Assembly: GCA_947626095.1 (NCBI GenBank)
Contig: CANQQV010000005.1
Span: 24,572-88,571, forward strand
Length of the DNA: 64,000 nucleotides
Direction: 5' to 3'
Source: an uncultured Bacilli bacterium
GTDB lineage: Bacteria; Bacillota_I; Bacilli_A; RF39; UBA660
Shown: piece by piece, positions 40,427 through 51,494 of the stretch
How positions within the stretch are numbered: the first letter of the stretch is position 1
How the letters are laid out: each line of letters begins with the position of its first letter
Program-made: the position numbers and the translations under genes
Notes under the pieces: generated by a model
The model's database searches: none
Told to the model about the DNA's origin: nothing
What the model saw: the letters and a program-made list of their open reading frames with translations, nothing else

Positions 40427-42340
40427 ATGAAGGAAGAATATAATGATAGTGATATTCAAGTTCTAGAAGGGTTAGAAGCAGTTCGTAAAAGACCTGGTAT
40501 GTATATTGGAACAACTAGTGAAAGAGGACTTCACCATTTAGTTTGGGAGATAGTTGATAATGCTGTCGATGAAGCTTTAGCTGGTTATTGTGATGATATC
40601 GAAGTAATAATTGAAAAGGGTAATATTATTACAGTTAAAGATGATGGTCGTGGAATGCCAACTGGTATGAATGCTAAGACTGGTTTATCAACAATTGAAA
40701 CTATATTTACTGTATTACATGCTGGTGGTAAATTTGGTGGCGGCGGATACAAAGTATCTGGAGGCTTACATGGTGTAGGTGCTTCAGTAGTAAATGCTTT
40801 ATCTGCTTGGTTAGAAGTTAGAGTTTATAGAGAAGGTCATGTTTATTTTCAAAGATTTGAAAATGGCGGACATCCTGTTGAACCACTTAAAATTATTGAA
40901 GATTGTGATCCAGAAAGAACTGGAACAACTGTTACATTTAAAGCAGATCCAACTATATTTAAAGAAACAACAGTATATGATTATGAGACACTTGCCACTA
41001 GATTAGAAGAATTAGCATTCTTAAATAAAGGATTAAGAATCATTTTAGAAGACTTAAGAGAAGATGAAAAGAAACAAGAATTTGTTTATAGTGGAGGAAT
41101 TATTGAGTTTGTTAAAAAATTAAATAAAAACAAAAAGGTAATTCATGACGATGTTGTGTATGTTGAGGGACAAGAAGATAATATATCTATCGAAGTTGCG
41201 TTCCAATATAATGAAGATTATAATTCATGTTTATATTCGTTTACTAATAATATTAGTACGCATGAAGGTGGTACACATGAAGATGGAGTTAAGAGAGCTT
41301 TAACAAGAATTATTAATAACTATGCTAAGAATGCTAAATTATTAAAAGATAATGATGATCCTTTAACTGGTGATGATGTTAGAGAAGGTTTAACAATGAT
41401 TATTTCTTGTAAACATCCTGATCCACAATTTGAAGGACAAACAAAGACTAAACTTGGTAATGCTGAAGTTAGAAAGATTGCTGATGATGTCTTTAGTGAA
41501 GGATTAGAAAGATTTTTACTTGAGAATCCCGAAGAAGCTAGATTAATAATTGAAAAATCAATGACGGCTTCAAGAGCGAGATTAGCTGCTAAAAAGGCAA
41601 GAGAATTAACTCGTCGTAAAGGTGATTTAGATATTACTAATTTCTATGGAAAATTATCTGATTGTAAGAGTAAAGATCCATCTGAATGTGAAATATTTAT
41701 CGTCGAGGGAGATTCAGCTGGTGGTTCGGCTATTAAAGGTCGTAATAGTATGACGCAAGCAATCCTTCCTTTAAGAGGTAAAATATTAAATGTTGAAAAA
41801 GCTAGATTAGATAGAGCTTTAAATAATGAAGAAATTAGAACAATAATTACAGCTTTTGGTACTGGTATTGGTGATGAATTTGATTTATCTAAATTAAGAT
41901 ATGACAAGATAATTATTATGACTGATGCCGATGTTGATGGAGCACATATTAGAGTATTATTATTAACATTGTTCTATAGATTCTTTAGACCAATTGTTGA
42001 AGCTGGACATGTATATGCTGCTCAGCCACCTCTTTTCTGTATTAAACATGGTCAAACAATAAAATATGTTTTAAATGAAAAAGAAAGAGATGAATATTTA
42101 GCAACATTAAAACCTGAAACAAAGAGAGATATCTTACGTATGAAAGGTTTAGGTGAAATGGATGCTGAAGAGTTAAATGAAACAACAATGGATATTGAAA
42201 AACGTGTATTAAGACAAATTACATTAGAAGATACTAGAGCAGCTGATGAAGTATTCTCTAAATTAATGGGTGATGAAGTAGAACCTAGAAGAACATTTAT
42301 TGAAGAAAATGCTGTCTTTGTACAAAATTTGGATGCTTAG
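40427..42340 (+). CDS. gyrB: DNA gyrase subunit B
   Basis: [30 protein letters not shown]. Confidence 0.99.
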   Translation: MKEEYNDSDIQVLEGLEAVRKRPGMYIGTTSERGLHHLVWEIVDNAVDEALAGYCDDIEVIIEKGNIITVKDDGRGMPTGMNAKTGLSTIETIFTVLHAGGKFGGGGYKVSGGLHGVGASVVNALSAWLEVRVYREGHVYFQRFENGGHPVEPLKIIEDCDPERTGTTVTFKADPTIFKETTVYDYETLATRLEELAFLNKGLRIILEDLREDEKKQEFVYSGGIIEFVKKLNKNKKVIHDDVVYVEGQEDNISIEVAFQYNEDYNSCLYSFTNNISTHEGGTHEDGVKRALTRIINNYAKNAKLLKDNDDPLTGDDVREGLTMIISCKHPDPQFEGQTKTKLGNAEVRKIADDVFSEGLERFLLENPEEARLIIEKSMTASRARLAAKKARELTRRKGDLDITNFYGKLSDCKSKDPSECEIFIVEGDSAGGSAIKGRNSMTQAILPLRGKILNVEKARLDRALNNEEIRTIITAFGTGIGDEFDLSKLRYDKIIIMTDADVDGAHIRVLLLTLFYRFFRPIVEAGHVYAAQPPLFCIKHGQTIKYVLNEKERDEYLATLKPETKRDILRMKGLGEMDAEELNETTMDIEKRVLRQITLEDTRAADEVFSKLMGDEVEPRRTFIEENAVFVQNLDA

Positions 42341-42347
42341 GAGGTGA

Positions 42348-44966
42348 ATGGTTGTGGATAGATTAGAACAAAATAATATCGTTAAAGAGGTAAGAGATTC
42401 TTTCTTAGATTATTCAATGAGTGTTATTGTTGCTCGTGCTTTACCTGATTTAAGAGATGGTCTTAAACCTGTTCAAAGAAGAATTTTATATTCAATGTAT
42501 GAATCTGGATATACACCTGATAAACCTCATAAGAAGAGTGCAAGAATTGTCGGAGATGTAATGGGTAAATACCATCCACATGGTGATTCGAGTATTTATG
42601 AAGCAATGGTAAGAATGGCTCAAGATTTCTCTTATCGTTGTATGTTAGTTGATGGACATGGTAATTTTGGTAATATTGAAGGTTATGGCGCAGCAGCTAT
42701 GCGTTATACTGAATCAAGACTTTCAAAGATATCTTTGGAATTATTAAGAGATATTAACAAAGATACTGTTGATATGATACCTAACTTCGATGATTCAGAA
42801 AAAGAACCTGCTATTTTACCATCTAGATTTCCTAATATTTTAGTAAATGGTACGATGGGTATTGCCGTTGGTATGGCAACTAATATTCCACCTCATAATT
42901 TAGGGGAAGTTATTGATGGATGCATTGCTTATATTGATAATCCAGAAATTACATTAGATGAATTAATGAAGTATATACCTGGACCTGATTTTCCAACAGG
43001 AGGTATTATTTTAGGTAATTCTGGTATTAGAAAAGCTTATGAAACTGGTCGCGGAAGTATTACGATTAGAAGTAAAGCGACGATTGAAGAAAAGAATGGT
43101 CGTCATTATATTGTAGTTACAGAAGTTCCTTATGGAATTAATACTTTAGATTTAAAAAATAAGGTAGCTGATTTAGTTCATAATAAGATAATTGATGGTA
43201 TAACTGATTATCATACTGATTTAAAAGATGGGGTTAAGATTACTATTACTTTAAAGAAGGATGCTAATCCACAGGTTATTTTAAATCAACTTTATAAACA
43301 TACTGATTTTCAAGCTAATTTTGGTATTATTTTCTTAATGTTGGATCAAGGAGTACCTAAAACTCTTGGTTTAAAGGATATTATAGCTAAATATATTGAT
43401 TATCAAAAAGAAATTATTATAAGAAGAACAAGATTTAATTTGGATAAAGCTGAGAAAAGAGCTCATATTTTAGAAGGATTAAAGATTGCATTAGATAATA
43501 TTGATGAAGTTGTTAAATTAATACGTAATTCAAATAGTGATGAGGATGCTCAAACTGGTTTGATGGATAGATTTGGTCTTACAGAAGTTCAAGCTCAAGC
43601 TATTTTGGAAATGAGATTACGTCGTTTAACAGGATTAGAAAGAGATAAGATTGAAGCTGAATTAGCTGAATTAATGAAGGAAATTGATGAGTTAAGAGCT
43701 ATTTTAGCTAGTGAAGAAAAGGTATTAAATATAATTAAAGAGGAAATGACGGAAATCAAGAATAAGTTTGCTGATGAACGTCGTACACATATTGATATGA
43801 CTGCTATTGATTATATTGAAGATGAATCTTTAATTCCTAATGAAGATGTTATGATTGCTTTAACTCATAAAGGTTATATTAAGAGAACAACATCTGATAC
43901 GTTTAAAGCGCAAAATAGAGGTGGCGTTGGTATTAAAGGTATGGCAACAAATGAAGAGGATTTTGTTGAACAGATGATTAATATTCAAACGCATGATCAT
44001 GTTTTATTCTTTACTAATAAAGGTAAGGTTTATCGCTTGAAAGGTTATGAAATACCTGAATTTAGTAGACAATCTAAAGGATTACCAATGGTTAATTTAT
44101 TACCTTTAGAGAAGGATGAAATGATTAATTCAATTATTAAGTTATCACCAGATGAAAATATCGATAATTTATTATTTGTTACGAAGTCTGGTTTAGTTAA
44201 ACGTACAGCTATTTCTGAATTTGATAGTATTAGAAATGGCGGTAAGATTTGTATTACGCTTAAGGAAGATGATGAATTAATTGCTGTTCGTAAGACGACG
44301 GGAAATAATTTTGTATTATTAGGATCTAGTAGTGGACGAATGGTTAAATTTAATGAAAATGACGTTCGTATCATGGGTAGAACAGCATCTGGTGTTAAAG
44401 GTATTGAACTTGGTGATGCTAAGTGTATTGGTGCTGAAATAGCTTCTGATGATGATAATGTAATTATTGTTACAGTTAAGGGTTATGGTAAACAAACATC
44501 TGTTCGTGATTATCGTGAAACTAAACGTGGTAGTAAAGGTGTTAAAGCCTTAAGTATTACGGATAAGAATGGTGATATTGCATCATTTAAGATTGCTAGA
44601 CCTGATACTGATTTAGTTATAATTACTGATGCTGGTATGGTAATGCGTATGGGTACTGAGAATATCAATACTTTAGGTAGAGTTACTCAAGGTGTAAGAT
44701 TAATCAGATTAAAGGAAGAACATACTGTTGCTACTATTTGCTTAGTAGATAAAGAGAAAGAAGAAGATAATTCTACTGAAAGTGAAGTTATTAACAACCA
44801 AAACAGTGAAAATGTAGATGATTTGGGAAATAATTATAACGATTCTGAAGTAAGTTTGGGAAATAATTCTGATGATAGTGATATTGATTTGGGAAATGAT
44901 TTAGATTTTGAAGATGAAGATGATGTCGCTGATGATATTACTGATGATTTAGATGATGAAATTTAA
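42348..44966 (+). CDS. gyrA: DNA gyrase subunit A
   Basis: YHPHGDS, AAMRYTE, GyrA-box QNRGGVG, acidic tail. Confidence 0.99.
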   Translation: MVVDRLEQNNIVKEVRDSFLDYSMSVIVARALPDLRDGLKPVQRRILYSMYESGYTPDKPHKKSARIVGDVMGKYHPHGDSSIYEAMVRMAQDFSYRCMLVDGHGNFGNIEGYGAAAMRYTESRLSKISLELLRDINKDTVDMIPNFDDSEKEPAILPSRFPNILVNGTMGIAVGMATNIPPHNLGEVIDGCIAYIDNPEITLDELMKYIPGPDFPTGGIILGNSGIRKAYETGRGSITIRSKATIEEKNGRHYIVVTEVPYGINTLDLKNKVADLVHNKIIDGITDYHTDLKDGVKITITLKKDANPQVILNQLYKHTDFQANFGIIFLMLDQGVPKTLGLKDIIAKYIDYQKEIIIRRTRFNLDKAEKRAHILEGLKIALDNIDEVVKLIRNSNSDEDAQTGLMDRFGLTEVQAQAILEMRLRRLTGLERDKIEAELAELMKEIDELRAILASEEKVLNIIKEEMTEIKNKFADERRTHIDMTAIDYIEDESLIPNEDVMIALTHKGYIKRTTSDTFKAQNRGGVGIKGMATNEEDFVEQMINIQTHDHVLFFTNKGKVYRLKGYEIPEFSRQSKGLPMVNLLPLEKDEMINSIIKLSPDENIDNLLFVTKSGLVKRTAISEFDSIRNGGKICITLKEDDELIAVRKTTGNNFVLLGSSSGRMVKFNENDVRIMGRTASGVKGIELGDAKCIGAEIASDDDNVIIVTVKGYGKQTSVRDYRETKRGSKGVKALSITDKNGDIASFKIARPDTDLVIITDAGMVMRMGTENINTLGRVTQGVRLIRLKEEHTVATICLVDKEKEEDNSTESEVINNQNSENVDDLGNNYNDSEVSLGNNSDDSDIDLGNDLDFEDEDDVADDITDDLDDEI

Positions 44967-44993
44967 TTTATTAATAAGTATATATTAATTATA

Positions 44994-45667
44994 TGTTTCA
45001 CGTGGAACATTGTATTTAAAAATTACTAAAAATCATATTATTTTTAATGGTCATGATATTAAATATTTCCCGAGAAATAAAGTGATTGATAGAAAATTGT
45101 AGATTTTGAAATAGGAAACGAAATAATAATAGTTGATATGTTATTAAACTCGTTTCCTATTTTTGATGCAAAAATTTTGATTGTTTATGTTAATAAATGT
45201 TCCACGTGAAACATTGAATAATTATATTTTTTTAATTTATTTATATTTATGATCTTGAATAATTTATTTAATATTATTCTTCTTTTCTTGAGTAATTATT
45301 TTTATATGTTGTTGATAATGTTTCACGTGAAACATAATGAGTTAATAAATTTTTATAAGTCTATTATTTTTTTTGCAAATATTTAAATTGATAAAATAGT
45401 TTATTTTTTTTAATTGTGGATAATGTTCCACGTGAAACATTGTGTAACTTAACTATTTTATATTAATCTTTTTTTATATATTTTAATCATTAGTTAGTAT
45501 TTTTATATTTTCATTTTTATTATTTAATGTTGTGAACAATATTTCACGTGAAACCTATAATTCTAAATTTTATATTCTAATTCTTAATCTATTGTTACTG
45601 TGAATAATGTTTCACGTGGAACATAGGTAAGAATGAATAAAAAATAATGAATGTTTCACGTGGAACA
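44994..45667. repeat. Cluster of seven parS sites, five preceded by DnaA boxes
   Basis: TGTTYCACGTGRAACA at 44994, 45198, 45319, 45424, 45608, 45652 and a 2-mismatch copy at 45540. Confidence 0.93.
45065..45078. promoter_or_regulatory. Noc-binding site (1 mismatch)
   Basis: ATTTCCCGAGAAAT. Confidence 0.6.
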
Positions 45668-45710
45668 TTAAATTATATTGATTTAATAATTAATTTTTGT
45701 TATTATCTAT

Positions 45711-45785
45711 ACGTGCAACAAATATATTGTAACCTGGTCAGGACTGGAAAGTAGCAGCCACATCAATCTCTGTTTGTGTGCACGT
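45711..45785 (+). ncRNA. ffs: Small SRP (4.5S) RNA
   Basis: ACGTGCA...TGCACGT closing stem, core AACCTGGTCAGGACTGGAAAGTAGCAGCCA, followed by a T-run; near dnaX. Confidence 0.88.
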
Positions 45786-45804
45786 TTTTTTATGGAGTAT
45801 TGAT

Positions 45805-46236
45805 ATGAAGTTAGATAATAAAGTTATTGATATATTAATAAATGATGCTAAAAAAGCTTATAAAAAAGGTGAAATACCTGTTAGTGCAGTTATTGTAGAT
45901 CAAGCTGGAAAAATTGTTTCACATGCATATAATAATCGCCAAAATAGTTTTAATGTACTTGGTCATGCGGAAATAGTTGCTATTTTAAAGGCAGAAAAGA
46001 AGATTAAGGATTGGCGATTAGATGGATATAAGATGGTTGTAGTGTTAGAACCATGTGATATGTGTTCAATGGTTATTTCTAAATGTCGAATTGATGAAGT
46101 TTATTATTTTGTTTTACAAAAAAGTCAGGATGTAATTAATGATTTTAATATTAACAAGAAGGTTATTGATGGTTATAAAGATGAGAAGGTTTTGCTAGAA
46201 AATATGTTATTAAATTTTTTTAATAATATGAGGTAA
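45805..46236 (+). CDS. tadA: tRNA adenosine deaminase-like
   Basis: GEIPV, HAE, EPCDMC; ATG 45805 after GGAG. Confidence 0.85.
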   Translation: MKLDNKVIDILINDAKKAYKKGEIPVSAVIVDQAGKIVSHAYNNRQNSFNVLGHAEIVAILKAEKKIKDWRLDGYKMVVVLEPCDMCSMVISKCRIDEVYYFVLQKSQDVINDFNINKKVIDGYKDEKVLLENMLLNFFNNMR

Positions 46237-46274
46237 AAACCTCTTTTTTTTGGTATAATTATCAACAGGAGGGT

Positions 46275-48017
46275 TTGAATATGAATTATAAAGTTTTATA
46301 TAGGAAATATCGCCCAGATAACTTTGATAATGTAGTAGGTCAAGAATATACAATTGAAATGCTTAAGAATGCAATTATTAGTGGAAAGCATGCTCATGCT
46401 TATATTTTTACTGGTCCTCGTGGAACTGGTAAGACAAGTTCTGCTAAGATTTTTGCTAAAGCATTAAATTGTGAGCATCCAGTAGATGGAAATCCTTGTA
46501 ATGAGTGTGCTAGTTGTAAGTCTTTTAAGGAAAGTCCTGATATTATTGAAATAGATGCTGCTTCAAATAATGGTGTAGATCAAATTAGGGAGCTTATTAA
46601 TAATGTTAAGTTGGTTCCATCATCTTCTAAATATAAAGTTTATATTATTGATGAGGTTCATATGCTTAGTGATAGTGCTTTTAATGCTTTGCTTTTAACT
46701 TTGGAAGAACCACCATCTCATGTTGTGTTTATTTTAGCTACTACAGATATTCAAAAGGTACCAATTACAATTTTATCTCGTTGTCAAAGATTTGATTTTA
46801 AACCTGTAAATAAGGAAGCACTTATTAACAGATTGAAGTTTGTTTGTTCTGAAGAGAATATTAAGATTACTGATGAAGCATTAGAGGAAATTGCTTTGAT
46901 TTCAGCTGGTGGTATGCGTGATGCGTTAGGAATGGTTGATCAGTTAGCTAATGATGATGAAGAGATAAGTTTGGATTTGGTTTCAAGTTATTTTGGTAGT
47001 GTTTCAGTTAAGAAGATTGATGAGTTATTAACAAGTATTCAAAACAATGATTCTGAAAGTTTAATTAGTATTTTGGGAAATATTAAAAGTAGTGGAACTA
47101 ATTATTCGGTATTTATTGATAAAGTTATAGCTGAATTAAGAAATATGGCAATTGCTATTAAGTCTGGTCGCTCTTCTTCTAATATGTCATTTGAGGTTAT
47201 TTACAATTTAATCTTTGATTTGAATGAATGTTTATCAAATGTTAATTTGAATATTGATCCTTATACTTTAATTGAAATTGTATTGCTAAAATATATTAAA
47301 TCAGGAGCCTCTATATCATCTACTATTAATCAACATAGTGTTGGTTTACAAAGCGATATAAATGAAGATAAAGCTGCTTTGGGAAATAATTTTGATGAGG
47401 TAAAAGAAGATTTGGGAAATAATTTAGTTATTGATAATGAATCATTGGAAAATAATGAAACTGAGGATGAAGAAGCGGAAAAGGAACCGGAAGTATGGAA
47501 TAAATCAACTACTGAAGATGATAGTTTTGATAGTGTAAAAGAGGTTTCTATTGATATAAATATTAGGATTAATAATTGTTTTGTTGAGGCTTCTAAAACT
47601 AAGAAAAATGAGTTATCTAGTAAGTGGATTGACTTTATGAATTTCTTAATGAAAAAGGATCGTAACTTAACTTCGTTGTTAGCAGATACTTCGGTATTAG
47701 CTGCTTCTGAAACTTATGCTTTGATTCAAAGTAAGATTGATTCGACTAATGAACTTATTAACAGACATATTGCTAGTTTAGAACAATATTATGAAGAATT
47801 TGCGGGAAATAAAGTTAGATTTGCAGCGATTAATGATGATTTGTGGCAAAAAGAAACAGGAAAGTATAGATTAAATTTAAAGAATAAAATAAAATATAAT
47901 TATATAGAAGAAAAAGAAGAATCTTCTGTTACGGAAAATGTAGATGCTAAACCTAAGTTAGATGAATCTGAAGAGTTAGCTAGTGACATTTTTGGTACTT
48001 ATGAAGTAGAAAATTAG
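46275..48017 (+). CDS. dnaX: DNA polymerase III gamma/tau
   Basis: LYRKYRP, GPRGTGKT, EIDAASN, IIDEVHML, SRCQ. Confidence 0.98.
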   Translation: MNMNYKVLYRKYRPDNFDNVVGQEYTIEMLKNAIISGKHAHAYIFTGPRGTGKTSSAKIFAKALNCEHPVDGNPCNECASCKSFKESPDIIEIDAASNNGVDQIRELINNVKLVPSSSKYKVYIIDEVHMLSDSAFNALLLTLEEPPSHVVFILATTDIQKVPITILSRCQRFDFKPVNKEALINRLKFVCSEENIKITDEALEEIALISAGGMRDALGMVDQLANDDEEISLDLVSSYFGSVSVKKIDELLTSIQNNDSESLISILGNIKSSGTNYSVFIDKVIAELRNMAIAIKSGRSSSNMSFEVIYNLIFDLNECLSNVNLNIDPYTLIEIVLLKYIKSGASISSTINQHSVGLQSDINEDKAALGNNFDEVKEDLGNNLVIDNESLENNETEDEEAEKEPEVWNKSTTEDDSFDSVKEVSIDINIRINNCFVEASKTKKNELSSKWIDFMNFLMKKDRNLTSLLADTSVLAASETYALIQSKIDSTNELINRHIASLEQYYEEFAGNKVRFAAINDDLWQKETGKYRLNLKNKIKYNYIEEKEESSVTENVDAKPKLDESEELASDIFGTYEVEN

Positions 48018-48034
48018 AAAGAGGGAAATAAATT

Positions 48035-48328
48035 ATGAATATGCAAGCTATTATGCAACAAGCACAAAAAATGCAAAGGGATATTACTAAAAAGAAAGAG
48101 GAATTAAATAAGAAAGAATTTACTGGTTCTTCTGAGTTGGTTGAAGTTGTTTTTACGGGAGATAAGAAATTAGTTTCAACTACTATTAAAGGTGATATTG
48201 ATAATGATGATAAGGAAATAATTGAAGATATGTTTGTTATTGCCGTCAATGACGCAATGGCACAAATTGATAAAGAAACAGAAAAAGTTTTAGGGGCTTA
48301 TGGTAGCCAACTAGGCGGATTATTATAA
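48035..48328 (+). CDS. YbaB/EbfC nucleoid-associated protein
   Basis: MQQAQKMQ, EDMFVIAVNDA; between dnaX and recR. Confidence 0.92.
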   Translation: MNMQAIMQQAQKMQRDITKKKEELNKKEFTGSSELVEVVFTGDKKLVSTTIKGDIDNDDKEIIEDMFVIAVNDAMAQIDKETEKVLGAYGSQLGGLL

Positions 48329-48933
48329 TGAAAAGTTATCCTACAGCTTTATCTGATCTTATTAATTGTTTTCGTAAGTTGCCTGGTATAGGTGAAAAAA
48401 GTGCGGAAAGAATGGCTTTATCTTTATTAGATTTATCAACAGATGATATTGAAACATTTGCTTCTTCAATGGTTGACTCTAAGAATAATTTACATCGTTG
48501 TCAGATATGTGGTCATATTACTGATCAAGATATATGTAGTATTTGTTCTGATGAAAAAAGGGATAAGAATGTTATATGTATTTTAGAGGATTATAAGAGT
48601 GTTTTTGCTTTTGAAAAAGCTGGTAATTATAATGGTGTTTATCACGTTTTAAATGGACTTATATCTCCAATAGATGATGTTAATCCTGAAGATATTAATT
48701 TAAGTAGTTTAGTTGAAAGAGTAGAAAAGTTAGAAAAGCCTGAATTAATTATTGCATTGAAGTCAACTATTGAAGGTGAAACTACTACTTTATATATCAA
48801 GAAAATATTTGAAGGTAAGAATGTTGAAATATCTAGGTTATCTTATGGTATTCCTATGGGTACGGAAATAGATTATTTAGATGAAATTACTTTAGATAGA
48901 GCATTGAGTGATCGTAAGAAAATATCTGAATAA
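48328..48933 (+). CDS. recR: RecR
   Basis: LPGIGEKSAERMA, C4 zinc finger, YHVL, EGETT. Confidence 0.97.
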   Translation: MKSYPTALSDLINCFRKLPGIGEKSAERMALSLLDLSTDDIETFASSMVDSKNNLHRCQICGHITDQDICSICSDEKRDKNVICILEDYKSVFAFEKAGNYNGVYHVLNGLISPIDDVNPEDINLSSLVERVEKLEKPELIIALKSTIEGETTTLYIKKIFEGKNVEISRLSYGIPMGTEIDYLDEITLDRALSDRKKISE

Positions 48934-48970
48934 TTTTTTTTCTTTTTCATATAGTTAGTAAGGTGATTAT

Positions 48971-49153
48971 ATGAGTAAGGTATTTGGTATTATTAAAAGA
49001 ATATGTCTAGGAATATTTAGTATTTATGGAGTTAATTTGTTATTTGGAACGATAAATATTTTTGTTCCTATTAACTTAATTACGATAGGTATTAGTTCTT
49101 TTTTAGGTATATTTGGTTTAATGGCATTAGTGTTAATTCAGTTTTTGATATAG
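48971..49153 (+). CDS. bofA: Pro-sigmaK processing inhibitor BofA (short)
   Basis: VPINLITIGISSFLGIFG; after recR; upstream sigmaE-like GAATAA...CATATAGT. Confidence 0.8.
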   Translation: MSKVFGIIKRICLGIFSIYGVNLLFGTINIFVPINLITIGISSFLGIFGLMALVLIQFLI

Positions 49154-49169
49154 TTATCGAGGTGGTTTT

Positions 49170-50000
49170 TTGGTCGCTGTAAGAATGAAAGATGATATAT
49201 TAAAAAAGTACCATGAGGGAAAATTAGCTCATGCTTTTTTGCTTGAAACTAATGATATGAAAAGATGTTATACTGATGTCTTAGATTTAATAAAAAATAT
49301 TAATTGTCCTCATACATATAGTGATGATTGTAAGTTAGAATGTAATTTATGTTCTTTAATAGATAGTGATAGTTTACCTAGTTTAATAACTATTAATCCA
49401 GATGGACAGTTTATTAAAAGAGATCAAGTTAGTAATTTAATGAATGAATTTAGTACTGTTCCAGTATTTACTAAGTATAATGTGTATATTATTAATGAAG
49501 CACATCGTCTTAATAATGAATCAGCTAATGCTTTACTTAAATTTTTAGAAGAACCTGAAGATAATATTTTAGGATTTTATATTACGAATAATAAAGAAAA
49601 TGTTATTTCAACTATTAGAAGTAGATGTCAGTTGTATTATAATAATTATGGTGATGATAGTTTTATCATTGATGATGATATATTAATAGATGTTAAATTA
49701 TATTTAAATTCGATATATAAGAATTCTGAAGATTTATTATATAATAAAACACATATGAGTGGTTTTTATAAAGATAGAACTGAATGGGAAATGTTTTTTA
49801 ATACCATGCTTTATTACTTAAAAGAATGTTATAATAATAAGAGAAATGATAAAATTAAATTAGTTGAAGAAATAGATAAAGATAAAATAATTAAAGTTAT
49901 TTTATTAATAGAAGATGTATTGAGATATATTAGAAGTAATGGCAATATAGATTTAATTTTAGATAGATTTGTAATTGAAATGAGGGAGTATTATGAGTAA
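49170..50000 (+). CDS. holB: DNA polymerase III delta-prime
   Basis: LAHAFLL, SANALLKFLEEP, TIRSRCQ. Confidence 0.92.
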   Translation: MVAVRMKDDILKKYHEGKLAHAFLLETNDMKRCYTDVLDLIKNINCPHTYSDDCKLECNLCSLIDSDSLPSLITINPDGQFIKRDQVSNLMNEFSTVPVFTKYNVYIINEAHRLNNESANALLKFLEEPEDNILGFYITNNKENVISTIRSRCQLYYNNYGDDSFIIDDDILIDVKLYLNSIYKNSEDLLYNKTHMSGFYKDRTEWEMFFNTMLYYLKECYNNKRNDKIKLVEEIDKDKIIKVILLIEDVLRYIRSNGNIDLILDRFVIEMREYYE

Positions 50001-50790
50001 TATTTATGGAGTTACTTTAAGGTCCGAAGGTAAAATATATTATTTTAATGGAGAAGACTTAGAAATAGAAAAGAATAGTTATGTTGTAGTTGAAACAGAA
50101 AAAGGTATTCAACTAGGTAAAATGATATATATACCTGATGCTAAAAAAGTTAATATTCCAATCGAAGAAATGAAGAAAGTTATTCGTATTTCGACTGATG
50201 AAGATTATGAAACTTATCTTAAAAATTTAGCGGATGCCGAAAAGTGTTTAAAGAAAGCACGTAGTATTGTCGAAGAACTAAAGTTAGATATGAATATTTT
50301 AGATGCTAGTTATACATTAGATAGAAAGCAATTATTGTTTAATTTTGTGGCTGATGAAAGAGTTGATTTTAGAGAATTAGCTAAAAGATTAGCTGGTGTT
50401 TATAAAACAAGAATTGAATTACGTCAGATTGGGGCGCGTGATAAAGCTAGAACTGTTTGTGGTCTTGGTCAATGCGGTCGACCTTTATGCTGTTCAACGT
50501 TCTTAAGTCATATAGATTCAGTTACAATGAATATGGCTAAAAATCAAAACATTGCTTTAAATCCATCAAAGATAAATGGATTGTGTGGTAGATTACTATG
50601 TTGTTTAACTTATGAAGATGATGAATACGTTAGATGTGGTAATGGAATGCCTAGTGTTGGTCAGACAGTTAAGACTGATTTTGGTTCAGGAAAAGTAATC
50701 TCTGTTGATATTTTAAATAGAAAATATAAAGTAGATTTAGATGGTGTAATAAAGGAGATTGTCCTTGAAGATGTCGATAGTACTAAATGA
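49993..50790 (+). CDS. yaaT: PSP1-domain protein YaaT/RicT
   Basis: RVDFRELAK, RIELRQIG, GQCGRPLCC, CGRLLCCL. Confidence 0.95.
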   Translation: MSNIYGVTLRSEGKIYYFNGEDLEIEKNSYVVVETEKGIQLGKMIYIPDAKKVNIPIEEMKKVIRISTDEDYETYLKNLADAEKCLKKARSIVEELKLDMNILDASYTLDRKQLLFNFVADERVDFRELAKRLAGVYKTRIELRQIGARDKARTVCGLGQCGRPLCCSTFLSHIDSVTMNMAKNQNIALNPSKINGLCGRLLCCLTYEDDEYVRCGNGMPSVGQTVKTDFGSGKVISVDILNRKYKVDLDGVIKEIVLEDVDSTK

Positions 50791-51493
50791 TTTATTTGAT
50801 TATGATGGTTTAAAAATATATCAATATGAAGATCGATTTAAATTTTCGTTAGATTCAATATTACTTGCTGAATTTGTTGAATTAAAGAAAAATACTAAAG
50901 TGATAGTAGATTTTTGTACGGGAAATGCTCCTGTACCTTTAATTTTGTCTACGAAAACTAAAGCTAATATATATGGTTTTGAGTTACAAAAGAATATTTA
51001 TGATTTAGCTAAAGATAGTGTTAAAGAAAATAACTTAGATAATCAAATAAAAATAATTAATGATAATTTAGTTAATGTAGCTGAATACTTAGGGGATGAA
51101 TGTGCGGATGTAGTTACTTGTAATCCACCATATTTTAAATATGATATAAATAGCTCATTAATTAATGAAAATGAAGAGAAAGCGATTGCTCGTCATGAAA
51201 TAGCAATGAATTTAGATGAACTAGTAAAAGCTGCTAAATATATATTAAAAGAAAAAGCACCTTTATATTTAGTTCATAGGTGTGATCGTTTAGAAGAAAT
51301 AGTTGATACTTTAAATAAATACGGATTTAAAATAAAAAAGTTACAATTTATATATGCGGGTTTTGATAAAGAAGCCATTATGGTTTTAATTAAAGCGACT
51401 AAGAATGGTAAGAGTGGTAGTTTAAAAGTATTACCACCAATAGATATATTAGAATGTAAGACGTATAAGGGTATATTTGAAAAGAGTGATTAA
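50771..51493 (+). CDS. tRNA1(Val) A37 N6-methyltransferase family (YabB)
   Basis: FSLDSILLA, DFCTGN, CNPPYF, IARHE. Confidence 0.9.
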   Translation: MSIVLNDLFDYDGLKIYQYEDRFKFSLDSILLAEFVELKKNTKVIVDFCTGNAPVPLILSTKTKANIYGFELQKNIYDLAKDSVKENNLDNQIKIINDNLVNVAEYLGDECADVVTCNPPYFKYDINSSLINENEEKAIARHEIAMNLDELVKAAKYILKEKAPLYLVHRCDRLEEIVDTLNKYGFKIKKLQFIYAGFDKEAIMVLIKATKNGKSGSLKVLPPIDILECKTYKGIFEKSD

Positions 51494-51494
51494 G

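Noticed and set aside
44994-45667. CRISPR array
   Set aside because: Repeats are 16-bp parS palindromes with irregular start-to-start spacing (204, 121, 105, 116, 68, 44) and no cas genes
44967-45710. rRNA/tRNA operon after gyrA as in B. subtilis
   Set aside because: No rRNA or tRNA sequence recognised here or elsewhere in the window
46275-48017. E. coli-type dnaX -1 frameshift
   Set aside because: No A-AAA-AAG slippery site with downstream hairpin seen at the expected position
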